Under the pieces are notes generated by a model, which worked only from the letters and a program-made list of their open reading frames with translations, was not told the DNA's origin and searched no databases. DNA of 64,000 nucleotides from Nitrospirota bacterium (GTDB taxonomy: Bacteria; Nitrospirota; UBA9217). The stretch spans positions 448,001 through 512,000 of the forward strand of contig CAVVUN010000002.1 of the NCBI GenBank assembly GCA_963751455.1. Direction: 5' to 3'. Below, piece by piece: positions 18,611-28,982 of the stretch (its first letter is position 1; each line of letters begins with the position of its first letter). The position numbers and the translations under genes are program-made.

Positions 18611-19351
18611 TTACATATACATTCCGCCGTTCACGTGTATCACTTGGCCGGTAATGTACGACGCCCACGGAGAAGCGAGGAAGCGTACCGCGTTCGCGAC
18701 ATCCTCGGCTGTGCCGAGCTTTCCCATTGGAATCTGCTTCGCGAGTTCCGCCCTGACGTTTTCGGACAATGCCTGAGTCATGGCTGTGTCGATGAAGCCC
18801 GGCGCCACCGCGTTCGCCGTTATGCCGCGGTTCGCATATTCCCGTGCGATTGTTTTCGTGAGACCGATCAGGCCCGCCTTCGAAGCGACGTAATTGGCCT
18901 GTCCGGCATTGCCCATCGCGCCCACGATCGATGCGATGTTGATGATCGTCCCGCCCCGCTGCTTGCTCATATATTTGAGCGCGGCCTTGGCGCACAGAAA
19001 TGACCCCTTCAAATTGATACCGAGCACCAGGTCCCAGTCCTCCTCCTTCATCCTGAGAATAAGACCGTCCCGGGTAATGCCGGCGTTGTTTACCAGGATA
19101 TCGATCTTCCCGAATTTGGCGACAACCTGGTCGATCATTGCCGTTACATCCGCTGACGACGCAACATTGGCTTTGGTCGCTAGCGATTTTCTGCCTTTAT
19201 TTTCAATGTCTGCTGCGGTTTTCTCTGCCGCTTCCAGGTTTATATCGCAAATTGCCACATCTGCGCCGTCAGCGGCAAGCGCGAGCGCAATATCTCTGCC
19301 GATACCCTGCGCGGCGCCGGTAACGAGCGCTGTTTTTCCGTTCAAACTCAT
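18611..19351 (-). CDS. fabG: 3-oxoacyl-ACP reductase
   Basis: TGAAQGIG, NNAGITRD, YVASKAG, APGFIDT. Confidence 0.97.
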   Translation of the reverse strand: MSLNGKTALVTGAAQGIGRDIALALAADGADVAICDINLEAAEKTAADIENKGRKSLATKANVASSADVTAMIDQVVAKFGKIDILVNNAGITRDGLILRMKEEDWDLVLGINLKGSFLCAKAALKYMSKQRGGTIINIASIVGAMGNAGQANYVASKAGLIGLTKTIAREYANRGITANAVAPGFIDTAMTQALSENVRAELAKQIPMGKLGTAEDVANAVRFLASPWASYITGQVIHVNGGMYM

Positions 19352-19389
19352 TCAATGCTCCTATCGCAAGCCAGGGATCTGCTCACGAA

Positions 19390-19803
19390 TTATTTTTTTG
19401 AACATTTACTGTCCTTGAGAGTCAATCCGTTCAACGAGAATATGTTGTATTTTTCGAATTTGCCGGTGCAGGTCACGGAGTCATTCTTGTGGAACTTGGA
19501 TACATCATCCACAATCGCGTCGACGACAAAATTTTTCTCTCTGCCGGGAACAGTAATCCACAGCACTACTTTTTCGCCCCGTTTCCCGCTCTCAACATCC
19601 TGGACCTTGCCCGAGGCAGTGACGTCTTTGCCCTTCATATCCTTCATGTACGATTTTATTTCCGACTTTGTATACTTTTCCTTGTTCATGTGCTGAGCGA
19701 TCGTGGCAGCGTCCTGAGCGGCGAAAGCCGCGTTCCCGAAAATCATGAGAAAAGATGCTACAGCTGACGCCAGGATAGTGGATCTGAAAATTATCACACT
19801 CAT
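19390..19803 (-). CDS. Hypothetical secreted protein (possible OB-fold)
   Basis: Signal-peptide-like N terminus ending AAFA-A; beta-rich Lys-rich mature part; between fabD and fabG. Confidence 0.6.
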   Translation of the reverse strand: MSVIIFRSTILASAVASFLMIFGNAAFAAQDAATIAQHMNKEKYTKSEIKSYMKDMKGKDVTASGKVQDVESGKRGEKVVLWITVPGREKNFVVDAIVDDVSKFHKNDSVTCTGKFEKYNIFSLNGLTLKDSKCSKK

Positions 19804-19834
19804 ACAAAACCTCCCCGGTATAGTGAAATTTCGA

Positions 19835-20767
19835 TCAAGCTCCAACAGCACTGAGCGTATCATTCATGGTCCTTATGTCTTCAACATTCAGTATTTTTGC
19901 TTCCCGTGCGATTCGTTTTACGAGGCCGGAAAGCACTTTACCAGGTCCGATTTCGATAAAGGTATCGAAGCCTTCGGCAACCAGGTTCTTAATCGAGTCT
20001 TCCCAATAGAGCGGAGCGCTGATTTGTCTTACGAGCGATTGCCTGAGTTCGGATGCGGCTTTCAGGAACTTCGCATCTGCGTTGTTAACGAGTGGAATGC
20101 GAAGATCGGCGATCGATATTTTTTCCAATTCTTTTGCCAGCCGCTCGCCAGCCTGTTCCATCATGCCGCAGTGCGACGGGACGCTTACAGAAAGAGGCAC
20201 TACTTTTTTAGCTCCTGCCGATTTTGCCAGTTCCATTGCCTTTTCAACTGCTTTTTTTTCACCGGCAATGACGATTTGACCGGGGCTGTTATAATTTGCA
20301 GGGGCAACTATACCATTTTTAGCAGCTTCAAGGCAAGTTTTTTCTACGTCCTGCCGCTCCATTCCAAGGACGGCTGCCATGAGACCGGCGCCTGCGGGAA
20401 CCGCTTCCTGCATGTACCGGCCGCGTTTTTGAACGAGAGAAACGGCGTCCACGAAATTAAACCCGCCTGCAGCGGTTATCGCCGTATATTCACCGAGGCT
20501 GTGCCCGGCAACGGCTGCAGCGGAAAGGCCGCGACGCTCGAGCGGACGAAGAATCGCGATGCTCGCCGTAAGGATTGCCGGCTGCGTGTTCTCGGTCTGG
20601 TTCAGTTTTTCAACGGGGCCCTGCAGGCACAGTTCAGCCACATTGAAACCGAGCACCTGGCCGGCATGATCGAACACTTCCTTGGATTCAGGAAAATTTT
20701 CGATGAATTCCCTTGCCATGCCCGGGTATTGCGAGCCCTGGCCGGGAAAGATGAAGGCGATTTTCAT
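19835..20767 (-). CDS. fabD: Malonyl-CoA:ACP transacylase
   Basis: FPGQGSQ, GHSLGEY, VSVPSHC, EIGPGKVL. Confidence 0.97.
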   Translation of the reverse strand: MKIAFIFPGQGSQYPGMAREFIENFPESKEVFDHAGQVLGFNVAELCLQGPVEKLNQTENTQPAILTASIAILRPLERRGLSAAAVAGHSLGEYTAITAAGGFNFVDAVSLVQKRGRYMQEAVPAGAGLMAAVLGMERQDVEKTCLEAAKNGIVAPANYNSPGQIVIAGEKKAVEKAMELAKSAGAKKVVPLSVSVPSHCGMMEQAGERLAKELEKISIADLRIPLVNNADAKFLKAASELRQSLVRQISAPLYWEDSIKNLVAEGFDTFIEIGPGKVLSGLVKRIAREAKILNVEDIRTMNDTLSAVGA

Positions 20768-20792
20768 GTAGGTTCCAATCTCGATAAAGCTA

Positions 20793-20850
20793 TTGGACGC
20801 GGATTTTTGCTGATGACGCAGATTGAACGACAGCGTTTATCTGCGTCCAA
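20793..20850. repeat. Short 9/10-periodic palindrome
   Basis: TTGGACGCGGAT...GACGCAGAT...ATCTGCGTCCAA. Confidence 0.6.
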
Positions 20851-20857
20851 AAATTTT

Positions 20858-22051
20858 TTAGCCGCTTATTTCTTTGAACTTCCTGATCATGACCGGCAGA
20901 ACTTCCATCACGTCTCCCACGATGCCGTAGGTTGCGACGCTGAAGATCGGCGCATTCGGATCTTTATTGATGGCGACGATGACGTCCGAGGACTGCATGC
21001 CGGCCAGGTGCTGGATCGCCCCTGATATGCCTGCCGCGATATAGAGTTTGGGGCAGACCGTTTTCCCTGTCTGTCCGACCTGGTGCGAGTACGCGATCCA
21101 ACCCTCATCCACTGCTCCCCTGGTAGCGCCGATAGCGCCTCCGAGCGTCTTGGCAAGTTCCTGGAGCAGCTCGAAGTTCTTCGAGCAACCCATACCGCGC
21201 CCTCCGGCCACGATTACGTCGGCTTCACAGATATTGATTGTTTCGGTCAGTTCATCCACGGTCTTAAGGACCTTTGTCCGCATATCTGCCGCTGCCGTGA
21301 ATTTAAAGTCAATGACGTTGCCTTTCCGGGACGGGTCAGGCACGGCCTTTTTCATTACTTTATGCCTGACCGTTGCCATTTGAGGCCGGTGATTGGGGGA
21401 AACGATCGTCGCCATTATATTTCCCCCGAAGGCCGGGCGCGTCTGGTGCAGATTGCCGCTCTCCGGGTCTATATCAAGCATAGTGCAGTCGGCCGTAAGC
21501 CCGGTGTAGAGCTTTGCCGCAACTTTCGGAATGAATGAGCGACCGATCGCGGTTGCGCCGGCAAGGATGATCTCGGGCTTGTGGAGCGTTGCCAGATTTG
21601 TCAGGACTGCACTGTAGGAGTCGTCGTTAAAATCCTTGAGCGAGGGATCATCCGCAGCATAGACGGTGTCCGCGCCGTGCGCTATAAGCTCCAGGGCCTT
21701 ATCCTTGATCTTGTGACCGACAAGCACCGCGGAGAGCTTTGTTTTCCGCTTGTCTGCGAGCTTCCTTCCTTCGCCCAGCAGTTCGAGTGCAACACTTGAT
21801 ATGCAGCCCTTGTTCTGCTCGGCAAACACCCATACGCCTTTGTAAGCCGAAAGGTCCTTTGCCGCGGCAACCGGTTCTTCACCAATCCGCTCGATTGCTT
21901 TGAATTCGCAGGCTTCAACGCAGGCTCCGCACATTGTGCAGCTTTCCGTTATGAAGGCGCTGCCGTTGCGCATTTCGATTGCCCCGAAGGGGCAGGTCGA
22001 TACGCACGTTTCACATCCGGTACATTTGTCAATATCGACTTTGATGCTCAC
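20858..22051 (-). CDS. etfA: Electron transfer flavoprotein alpha subunit with N-terminal 2[4Fe-4S] ferredoxin domain
   Basis: [12 protein letters not shown] and [12 protein letters not shown]; [35 protein letters not shown]. Confidence 0.95.
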   Translation of the reverse strand: MSIKVDIDKCTGCETCVSTCPFGAIEMRNGSAFITESCTMCGACVEACEFKAIERIGEEPVAAAKDLSAYKGVWVFAEQNKGCISSVALELLGEGRKLADKRKTKLSAVLVGHKIKDKALELIAHGADTVYAADDPSLKDFNDDSYSAVLTNLATLHKPEIILAGATAIGRSFIPKVAAKLYTGLTADCTMLDIDPESGNLHQTRPAFGGNIMATIVSPNHRPQMATVRHKVMKKAVPDPSRKGNVIDFKFTAAADMRTKVLKTVDELTETINICEADVIVAGGRGMGCSKNFELLQELAKTLGGAIGATRGAVDEGWIAYSHQVGQTGKTVCPKLYIAAGISGAIQHLAGMQSSDVIVAINKDPNAPIFSVATYGIVGDVMEVLPVMIRKFKEISG

Positions 22052-22098
22052 TGTTACTCCTCAGCTTGAAAATGATGCAGGATCATGGATCGTGCTTC

Positions 22099-22884
22099 TT
22101 AAAGCAATGATTGCTCTTTCAGCTTCTTCGCCACCAGCTCGATCTGCTGTTCTACTGAGCCGGACAGGATCTCGCGCTGTCCGCGGGGCACGGGCGGGAA
22201 GATTCTGACCACCTTGGTCGGTGAACCCTTGAGCCCGATCAAATTCTCGTCCGCTTCAATATCTTTTGCCGTCAACGTGGCGACCTTGAGGTTCTTGGCC
22301 TTCATTTTGCCCTTCAAGGACGGCAAACGCGGCTGGTTGATCTCTTTGACAACGGTGATAAGGGCGGGAAGGGAAGTTTCTACGACGTCGAAGCCTTCAT
22401 CCATCATCCTCTCGACTGTCATGGTGCGATCCTGTACATTTTCTATTTTACGGATATACGCTACGAAGGGGATGCCGAGCATATCGGCAGTCTCGGGTCC
22501 AACCTGCGCGGTATCGCCGTCTATTGCCTGCTTGCCCGCAATAATCAGGTCATAATTCCCGATCTTCTTGATACCTTTGGCAAGAGTATACGACGTGGCC
22601 CAGGTATCTGCGCCTGCAAACGCCCGATCGGAGATGAGGACCACGTCGTCAACTCCCATTGCCACTGCGTCTTTCAGCGCTTCGGAAGCCTGCGGCGGTC
22701 CCATTGTAACAGCCGTCACCTTGCCGCCGTGCTTTTCCCGCAGGCGCAGCGCCTCTTCGAGAGCGTACATATCGTAAGGGTTGATTATGCTGGGCACACC
22801 GTCTCGGATGAGCGTGTTCGTCTCCCTGTTGATCTTGACTTCCGACGTGTCGGGGACCTGTTTAACCAGAACAATAATATTCAT
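22099..22884 (-). CDS. etfB: Electron transfer flavoprotein beta subunit
   Basis: KQVPDT, NPYD, SDRAFAGADT, GKQAIDGDTAQVG. Confidence 0.96.
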   Translation of the reverse strand: MNIIVLVKQVPDTSEVKINRETNTLIRDGVPSIINPYDMYALEEALRLREKHGGKVTAVTMGPPQASEALKDAVAMGVDDVVLISDRAFAGADTWATSYTLAKGIKKIGNYDLIIAGKQAIDGDTAQVGPETADMLGIPFVAYIRKIENVQDRTMTVERMMDEGFDVVETSLPALITVVKEINQPRLPSLKGKMKAKNLKVATLTAKDIEADENLIGLKGSPTKVVRIFPPVPRGQREILSGSVEQQIELVAKKLKEQSLL

Positions 22885-22912
22885 GAACTACTCCATGTAC
22901 CCACTCTATTGT

Positions 22913-22990
22913 TATCCGCAGATTACGCAGATAAAACAAAACTTGAATTAAGCTTTAAGAATCTGCGTCATCTGCGAAAATCTGCGGATG
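22913..22990. repeat. 9/10-periodic palindrome (CGCAGAT/ATCTGCG)
   Basis: ATCCGCAGATTACGCAGAT...ATCTGCGTCATCTGCGAAAATCTGCGGAT. Confidence 0.7.
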
Positions 22991-23024
22991 AATGGTTTTT
23001 CCTGGGTGTAATTTGGGTGTGTTT

Positions 23025-24182
23025 CTATTTCTGTCTCGTTGCTTCCCTGATCATGTCCAGGGCAACCACGTTGCGCTGGATCTGGTTCGTGCCCTCGTAG
23101 ATTTGGAGGATCTTGGCGTCGCGCATCATTTTTTCTACGGGGTATTCTTTCATATAGCCCGACCCGCCCATGACCTGCACGGCGTCGATAGTTACCTTCA
23201 TGGCCGTGTCCGTGGCGAAAAGCTTGGCCATGGCGGAGGCCCGTGAAATGTCCTTAGCGCCGCTGTCGATGAACCGTGCAACGGCATACACGAGAGCACG
23301 CGCCGCTTCGGTCTGCGTCTGCATGTCCGCCAGCATGTGTTGAATTGCCTGGAACGAGGTAATGGGCTGGCCGAACTGTACCCGCTGTTTCGCGAATTTG
23401 ATGGCTTCATCGATTGCGCCCTGGGCCACGCCGACGCCCTGCGCGCCCACTCCCGTGCGGGAACTGTCCAGGGTCTTCATGGCCACAATGAAGCCCATGC
23501 CTTCTTTCGAGATCAGATTTTCTTTCGGGATGCGGCAATTATTGAAAATGAGCTCCGTGGTGGATGATGCGCGGATGCCCATTTTGTTCTCTTTCTTGCC
23601 GAAGGTGAACCCGGGCGTGCCTTTTTCAACGATAAACGCCGATGCTCCACGCGCCCCCTTGGACCTGTCCGTTATGGCAATGATCGTATAGATATCCGCC
23701 TCGCCGCCGTTCGTGATCCACTGCTTGGTGCCGTTGATTACGTATTCATTGCCGTCAAGTTTTGCCGTAGTCTGCACGCCGCTTGCGTCGCTGCCGGCAT
23801 TCGCTTCGGTAAGCCCGAATGCCACCAGCTTTTTCCCGGAAGCGATTTCAGGGAGATATTTTTTCTTCTGGGCGTCGGAGCCGTTAAGCAGGATAGGGTA
23901 GGTGCCCAGCGCATTTGCTGCAAAACTCGTGGAAACGCCGAGGCATGCCTTGGACAGTTCTTCAACCGCGATGTAGAGATCGAGTGCCTTTCTTCCGAGA
24001 CCGCCGTACTCCTCGGGGATATAGATGCCGAAGAGGTCCGCCTGTGCAATCGCTTTCATGATATCCGACGGGAATTTATTCTGTTCATCGAGTTCGGCGC
24101 GAACCGGCACGATCTTTTCCTGCGCGATCTGTCGTGCGAGGTCGCGGATCATGATCTGCTCTTCCGTCAGCAAGTAGTCCAT
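23025..24182 (-). CDS. Acyl-CoA dehydrogenase (butyryl-CoA dehydrogenase-like)
   Basis: AFGLTEANAGSDA, NGTKQWITNG, KMGIRASST, RVQFG, IYEGTNQIQR; GGAGG RBS before ATG 24182. Confidence 0.95.
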   Translation of the reverse strand: MDYLLTEEQIMIRDLARQIAQEKIVPVRAELDEQNKFPSDIMKAIAQADLFGIYIPEEYGGLGRKALDLYIAVEELSKACLGVSTSFAANALGTYPILLNGSDAQKKKYLPEIASGKKLVAFGLTEANAGSDASGVQTTAKLDGNEYVINGTKQWITNGGEADIYTIIAITDRSKGARGASAFIVEKGTPGFTFGKKENKMGIRASSTTELIFNNCRIPKENLISKEGMGFIVAMKTLDSSRTGVGAQGVGVAQGAIDEAIKFAKQRVQFGQPITSFQAIQHMLADMQTQTEAARALVYAVARFIDSGAKDISRASAMAKLFATDTAMKVTIDAVQVMGGSGYMKEYPVEKMMRDAKILQIYEGTNQIQRNVVALDMIREATRQK

Positions 24183-24323
24183 TGAAACCTCCAAGGATAA
24201 ATTTCAAAATCCCAAACCACAAATAATTCCAAGACGTTAAAATTAAATTTCAGATAACAGCGTTTGATATTTGGCTCTAAAATTGGAATTTATTATTTGA
24301 TGCTTGTCCAGAGATGCTTTCCG

Positions 24324-25304
24324 TCACCATCTTACCAGTGCAGACGCCCAGGTAAGACCTCCTCCAAACGCCTCAAATAAGATCAGATGGTTGTCCCTGA
24401 TCTTGCCTTCGCGAACGGCTTCATCAAGTGCCATCGGAATGGAAGCCGCGGAGGTATTGCCGTATTTCGGGAGCGTCAGCACGACTTTTTCCATGGACAT
24501 GTTAAGCCGCTGCGCCATGGCCTTGATGATCCTGAGGTTGGCCTGGTGAGGAACGAGATAATCTATGTCCTCCGGTTTTACTTTATTGTGGTCGAGCGCC
24601 TCCTGGACCACAGCTTCGAGCGACCTCACCGCAGATTTGAACGTCTCGTTGCCTTTCATCCTGATATAGTGCATTCGGTTCTGGATCGTATCGTGCGACG
24701 CCGGAGCCTGAGCACCACCCCCGGGAACATGAATCAGGTCCCCGAGCGACCCGTCGGAATGAAGATGCGTCGAAAGGATCCCGCGTTTCCCTGCGTGACG
24801 CTGGATCACAACGGCGCCCGCGCCGTCGCCGAACAGGATGCATGTGCCACGGTCCTCCCAGTCGGTAAAGCGCGACAATATTTCAGCGCCGACAAGGAGA
24901 ATGTTCTTGTATGCTTCCGATTTTATGAATGCATTTGCAACGGAAAGTCCGTAAATGAAGCCCGAACACGCGGCGGAGATGTCGAAGGCAACCGCCCTCT
25001 TCGCTCCCAGTTTTTCCTGAAGCACGCAACCCGTGCTCGGCAGGATCATGTCCGGCGTCATGGTGGCGACCAGTATCAGGTCCAGTTCATCTGCTCTGAG
25101 GCCCGCTGCTTTCAGCGCCTTCTTGGCCGCTTCATAAGCAAGATCGGAGGTTGATTGGTCCTTATCGGCGATCCTCCGTTCTTTGATGCCGGTCCGCTCG
25201 ATGATCCACTCATCACTCGTGTTGACCAGTTTTTCCAGATCATGATTCGTTATGATTTTTTTTGGGGCGTATGATCCGGTACCTGTTATCCGTGCATGGA
25301 TCAT
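24324..25304 (-). CDS. fabH: 3-oxoacyl-ACP synthase III
   Basis: AACSGF, FGDGAGA, PHQANLRI, GNTSAASIP, FGGGLTW. Confidence 0.97.
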   Translation of the reverse strand: MIHARITGTGSYAPKKIITNHDLEKLVNTSDEWIIERTGIKERRIADKDQSTSDLAYEAAKKALKAAGLRADELDLILVATMTPDMILPSTGCVLQEKLGAKRAVAFDISAACSGFIYGLSVANAFIKSEAYKNILLVGAEILSRFTDWEDRGTCILFGDGAGAVVIQRHAGKRGILSTHLHSDGSLGDLIHVPGGGAQAPASHDTIQNRMHYIRMKGNETFKSAVRSLEAVVQEALDHNKVKPEDIDYLVPHQANLRIIKAMAQRLNMSMEKVVLTLPKYGNTSAASIPMALDEAVREGKIRDNHLILFEAFGGGLTWASALVRW

Positions 25305-26313
25305 CTTGTTTTGACGAACTCCATATTTTTTTCGATATCCTCGTGAATATGCTTGTTTACTTCGCTTTTTGCGAATTCCATGGCGACCCTGATGGCGTTC
25401 TTGATGGCCTGTCCGGACGACCGGCCGTGACTGATAATGCTTATACCGTTTATGCCGAGGAGCGGAGCGCCGCCGTATTCGGCGTAATCTATGCGGCGTT
25501 TCAGAGCGCGAAAGGCCGGCCTCATCATGAAATATCCGAGCTTTCTGACGAGATTGTCGCCGATATTTTGCCGGAGCATAAGCCCGATTGTTTCCGCGAC
25601 TGCTTCAGAGACTTTCAGCACCACATTGCCGATGAACCCGTCGCATACCACTACATCTGCCCTTCCGGACATCACGTCTTTGCCCTCGACATTGCCGATA
25701 AAATTTACCGATGTCTCTGTCAGGAGCTTAAATGCTTCTTTTGTCAGTTCATTCCCCTTCGTTTTTTCCTCTCCGATCGAGAGTAGTCCGACGCAGGGAT
25801 TCGGGTTTTTGAGCAAATACTTCGCAAAGACCTCGCCCATGATTGCGAACTGCAGGAGATGACTTGGTTTGCAATCCACATTCGCCCCGACATCCAGTAC
25901 GATGGAGGTGCCTTTCATCGTCGGCATGAATGTCGTGATTGCCGGCCTCTCAACCCCTTCAAGGGGGCCCAGCACGAACAGAGAGGTTGCCATCGCCGCG
26001 CCGGTATGGCCCGCGCTGATTACCGCTACCGCTTCTCCGCTTTTAACCAGTTCGTTGGCGACGCGAATGGAGGAATTTTTTTTTCTGCGAAAAACCGTGG
26101 ATGGCGAGTCGAGCATGTCCACGACCTCTGTGGCGTTTCGAATTTCTATGGGAAGCGTTTTAGCCAGGGGATATTTGTTGAGCTCGGCCTGTATGGTCTG
26201 TTCAATACCGACGAGTATGATTCCGACGCCGTATTCCTTGGCCGCAGTTACCGACCCGGCCACGACCGCATGCGGCGCGTTGTCCCCCCCATTGCATCAA
26301 CGGCGATTTTCAT
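25301..26313 (-). CDS. plsX: Phosphate acyltransferase PlsX (apparent 1-nt deletion in a G run near the start)
   Basis: MKIAVDAMGG(D)NAP begins at 26313 but shifts frame at the C7 run 26284-26290; SAGHTGA, LDVGAN, DGFIGNV, HGRS. Confidence 0.93.
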
Positions 26314-26394
26314 ACCTGATTTTCCCACAATATAAAAGGCAAAGGGCATACCGAACAGTGCAGTATCATCCCTTTGCCTTCTCGCAAGCCTACG

Positions 26395-26577
26395 TTATAT
26401 CTGCTGAACAGTAACGACTTCACGGCCGTTGTATGTGCCGCATGACAGACAAGCATGATGGGGCTTCTTGACCTCCTGACATTGCGGGCAGACGGAGAGA
26501 TTGGGGGCCTTCAAGAACTTGTGGGTCCGCCTCTTGTCCCTGCGTGATTTCGAGGTCTTGTGTTTTGGGTTCGCCAT
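26395..26577 (-). CDS. rpmF: 50S ribosomal protein L32
   Basis: [21 protein letters not shown]...HHACLSCG. Confidence 0.97.
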   Translation of the reverse strand: MANPKHKTSKSRRDKRRTHKFLKAPNLSVCPQCQEVKKPHHACLSCGTYNGREVVTVQQI

Positions 26578-26629
26578 GTTGGTCTATTACTCCTTGCTTA
26601 TTTTTTGGTCCAACTCGTAATTCCCGCTT

Positions 26630-26705
26630 TGTCATTTCGAGCGAAGCGAGAAATCCTGGTTTATACGATAGACCCTTCGCTTCGCTCAGGGTAAAGATTT
26701 CTCTC
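26630..26705. repeat. REP-like repeat (GTCATTTCGAGCGAAGCGAGAAATC / CCCTTCGCTTCGCTCAGGGT)
   Basis: Inverted GAGCGAAGCGA/TCGCTTCGCTC arms. Confidence 0.55.
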
Positions 26706-26718
26706 TTGTGAGAAATCT

Positions 26719-27234
26719 TCATTTTTTGAACAAATCCTTGAGATCCGAGAACGGCCCGAACGCATCTTTTTTCTTACTGCTGCATTCGCACTGCGAAACA
26801 TTCAAATCAGTTCCGCATTCCGGGCAGAGCCCTTTGCAATCCGGGCTGTGGAGCGGCACCATCGGAATGGAGATCAGGATCTGTTCCTTTACGAACTGAA
26901 GCGGCTCGAGTTCGTCGCCCTGATAGAACTCCTTGTCGAGCTCGGCGCCGGCCAGTTCATGCTCCGGCTCCGCTTCCAGGGCGCTCATCGGGGTGGCCTG
27001 GATCGCAAGTTCCGTTTTGACATCATATGCGAATTTTCTCAAACACCGGCTGCACTCAAGCTGGACCGTGGAGTGAACCGTGCCGTCGATCGTGAGGTTC
27101 CCGTTTCCCGCCGGCTTGATACTAAGAACTGCTGTAAATGCCGTGGATGCTGTTCCGGTATCGAACAGATCGAGCTTTTGGTCAAGCTCCAGTGTAAGCC
27201 CTTGGGGTGGTAAATCGCTTATAGTGATACTCAT
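26719..27234 (-). CDS. yceD: DUF177/YceD family protein
   Basis: CSRCL, PMVPLHSPDCKGLCPECG; immediately upstream of rpmF. Confidence 0.9.
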   Translation of the reverse strand: MSITISDLPPQGLTLELDQKLDLFDTGTASTAFTAVLSIKPAGNGNLTIDGTVHSTVQLECSRCLRKFAYDVKTELAIQATPMSALEAEPEHELAGAELDKEFYQGDELEPLQFVKEQILISIPMVPLHSPDCKGLCPECGTDLNVSQCECSSKKKDAFGPFSDLKDLFKK

Positions 27235-27360
27235 TTCGAAAGCTCCCGGGGCTGTGAGTCTCGAATTATATAGAGAAGACGCCGTTTTGTCAAGAAGAAA
27301 TACCGGAAATGCCATGTAAAGGAGGCACTCACATTACCGCTTCACGGGCAGCGACGCTTT

Positions 27361-28596
27361 TTATTCTTCCGGTCGAGCATAGCGGATATTCGGTCCGCCG
27401 CCATTCACCCTGAACAACAGCAACAGTCCAATAATGAAGAACCCCGCCACGGAAAGGATCGCCGGTCGCTGACTGCCGAAACCCGAAGAAACGAGCCCGA
27501 AAACCAGCGGGCCGAAGATCGCTGAGGATTTTCCGACCAGGGAGTATACCCCGAAATACTCCGCTTCCCTGCCTTTTTCGACGAACTGTGCGAAAAAGGC
27601 TCGCGTGCCAGCCTGTACGGTGCCCAGCCCCAGTCCGGCAACGCATGCCACGAACCAGAATTGCTGCTTGGTCTGCACAAAATAAGCGACCACCGTGATC
27701 AAAGTCCAGAGTATAAGAGATAACATTACTATTTTTTTGGGACCCCAGACATCCGTGGGTTTTGCCATAATAAAAGCGCCGATCAAAGCGGAAACCTGCA
27801 CGGTAAGAAAAAGGATGATGAGTTCCTCAGTGCCGAAACCAAGCGTCGTGGACGCAAAGATGCTCGAAAATACAATGACGGTAATGACGCCGTCTTCATA
27901 GAAAAGGTATGCAAGAAGAAATTTTCTCGAATCCCTGCGGCCCCAGAGCTCCTTGATGGTTTTCCAGGCCTGTCTGGAGCCTGTGGCGGCCGCTGCGAAT
28001 GCGGACTGCCTTGACGGATCGTCCGCTGGAAGGAATAAAAAAGCGGGAACCGAGAAGATAGCAAAAAAAGCGGCCGTAAGGAGCCACGTCAGGTCGAACA
28101 GCCCGGCTTTGACGAGGGGCAGCGCAATCAGCAACGAGCAAATCGATCCTGCATAACCGACTCCGAAACCCCAGCCGGATACGCGGCCCTGCCTGTCTTC
28201 ACCGGCAATGCGGGGCAGAAATGAATTATAAAATACCAGGCTGCCTTCCATCCCGATATTTGCGAAAACAATGAGAGCGAAACCGAGCATAACTGCGCCG
28301 GGTGTGATCAGAGAAAATCCGGCAACAACCACGATGCAGACAGCTGTATAGAGAGCAAGCAGCTTCTTCCGCAGTCCCGCGTAATCCGCAATGCCCCCCA
28401 GAAACGGCGAGGAAAGAGCGGTGAATATCATGCTGATCGATATCGCCCGCCCCCACCACAGGTCTCCTTCCCCAAAACGGTTTCCGACTATCACGCCCGC
28501 ATAATATACCGGAAAGATAACTGTAGATATCACGGCCGAGTAGCTTGAGTTGGCGAAATCAAAGAGGCACCAGCTGATTATTTGCTTTCTGTTCAT
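27361..28596 (-). CDS. MFS transporter (UMF1/ATG22-like)
   Basis: SWCLFDFANS, FYNSFLP, GRVSGWGFGVGY, about 12 TM segments. Confidence 0.88.
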   Translation of the reverse strand: MNRKQIISWCLFDFANSSYSAVISTVIFPVYYAGVIVGNRFGEGDLWWGRAISISMIFTALSSPFLGGIADYAGLRKKLLALYTAVCIVVVAGFSLITPGAVMLGFALIVFANIGMEGSLVFYNSFLPRIAGEDRQGRVSGWGFGVGYAGSICSLLIALPLVKAGLFDLTWLLTAAFFAIFSVPAFLFLPADDPSRQSAFAAAATGSRQAWKTIKELWGRRDSRKFLLAYLFYEDGVITVIVFSSIFASTTLGFGTEELIILFLTVQVSALIGAFIMAKPTDVWGPKKIVMLSLILWTLITVVAYFVQTKQQFWFVACVAGLGLGTVQAGTRAFFAQFVEKGREAEYFGVYSLVGKSSAIFGPLVFGLVSSGFGSQRPAILSVAGFFIIGLLLLFRVNGGGPNIRYARPEE

Positions 28597-28740
28597 AAGC
28601 TATATTTGCTTGTTATATATGAAAGACCGTGATTGCGCAAGTTCGATATGGCGACAGGCCGATTTATACCCGTTTCGTTGATACCCCGAAAATACCCCGA
28701 TCTTTTTATTGACTTTATTTTCATTTTTATGATAAAAAAT

Positions 28741-28907
28741 GTAACTACTCAGGTCATTTTTTTATCCGCAGATCACGCAGATTTCGCAGATAAAAACAAA
28801 ACCTGAATTCTGGTTTTAAAATCTGCGTCCATCTGCGAAATCTGCGGATAGAAGGCTTTTTCTCCGATTTGTCTTAATGCCGTTCTGAAAAGAAGCTGAA
28901 TAGTTAC
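28741..28907. mobile_element. Complete GTAACTA-type MITE with probable 8-bp TSD
   Basis: TIR GTAACTACTCAG/CTGAATAGTTAC; flanks TAAAAAAT / AAAAAAAT; internal CGCAGAT palindrome. Confidence 0.82.
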
Positions 28908-28982
28908 AAAAAAATAGTCAATTCTGAAATTTATTGATGCCGCCGTATCAGCGTAAATTTAAGATTATAGAAAGGAGTCACA

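Noticed and set aside
19745-21025. 426-aa plus-strand ORF
   Set aside because: Antisense shadow of fabD/etfA with no motifs
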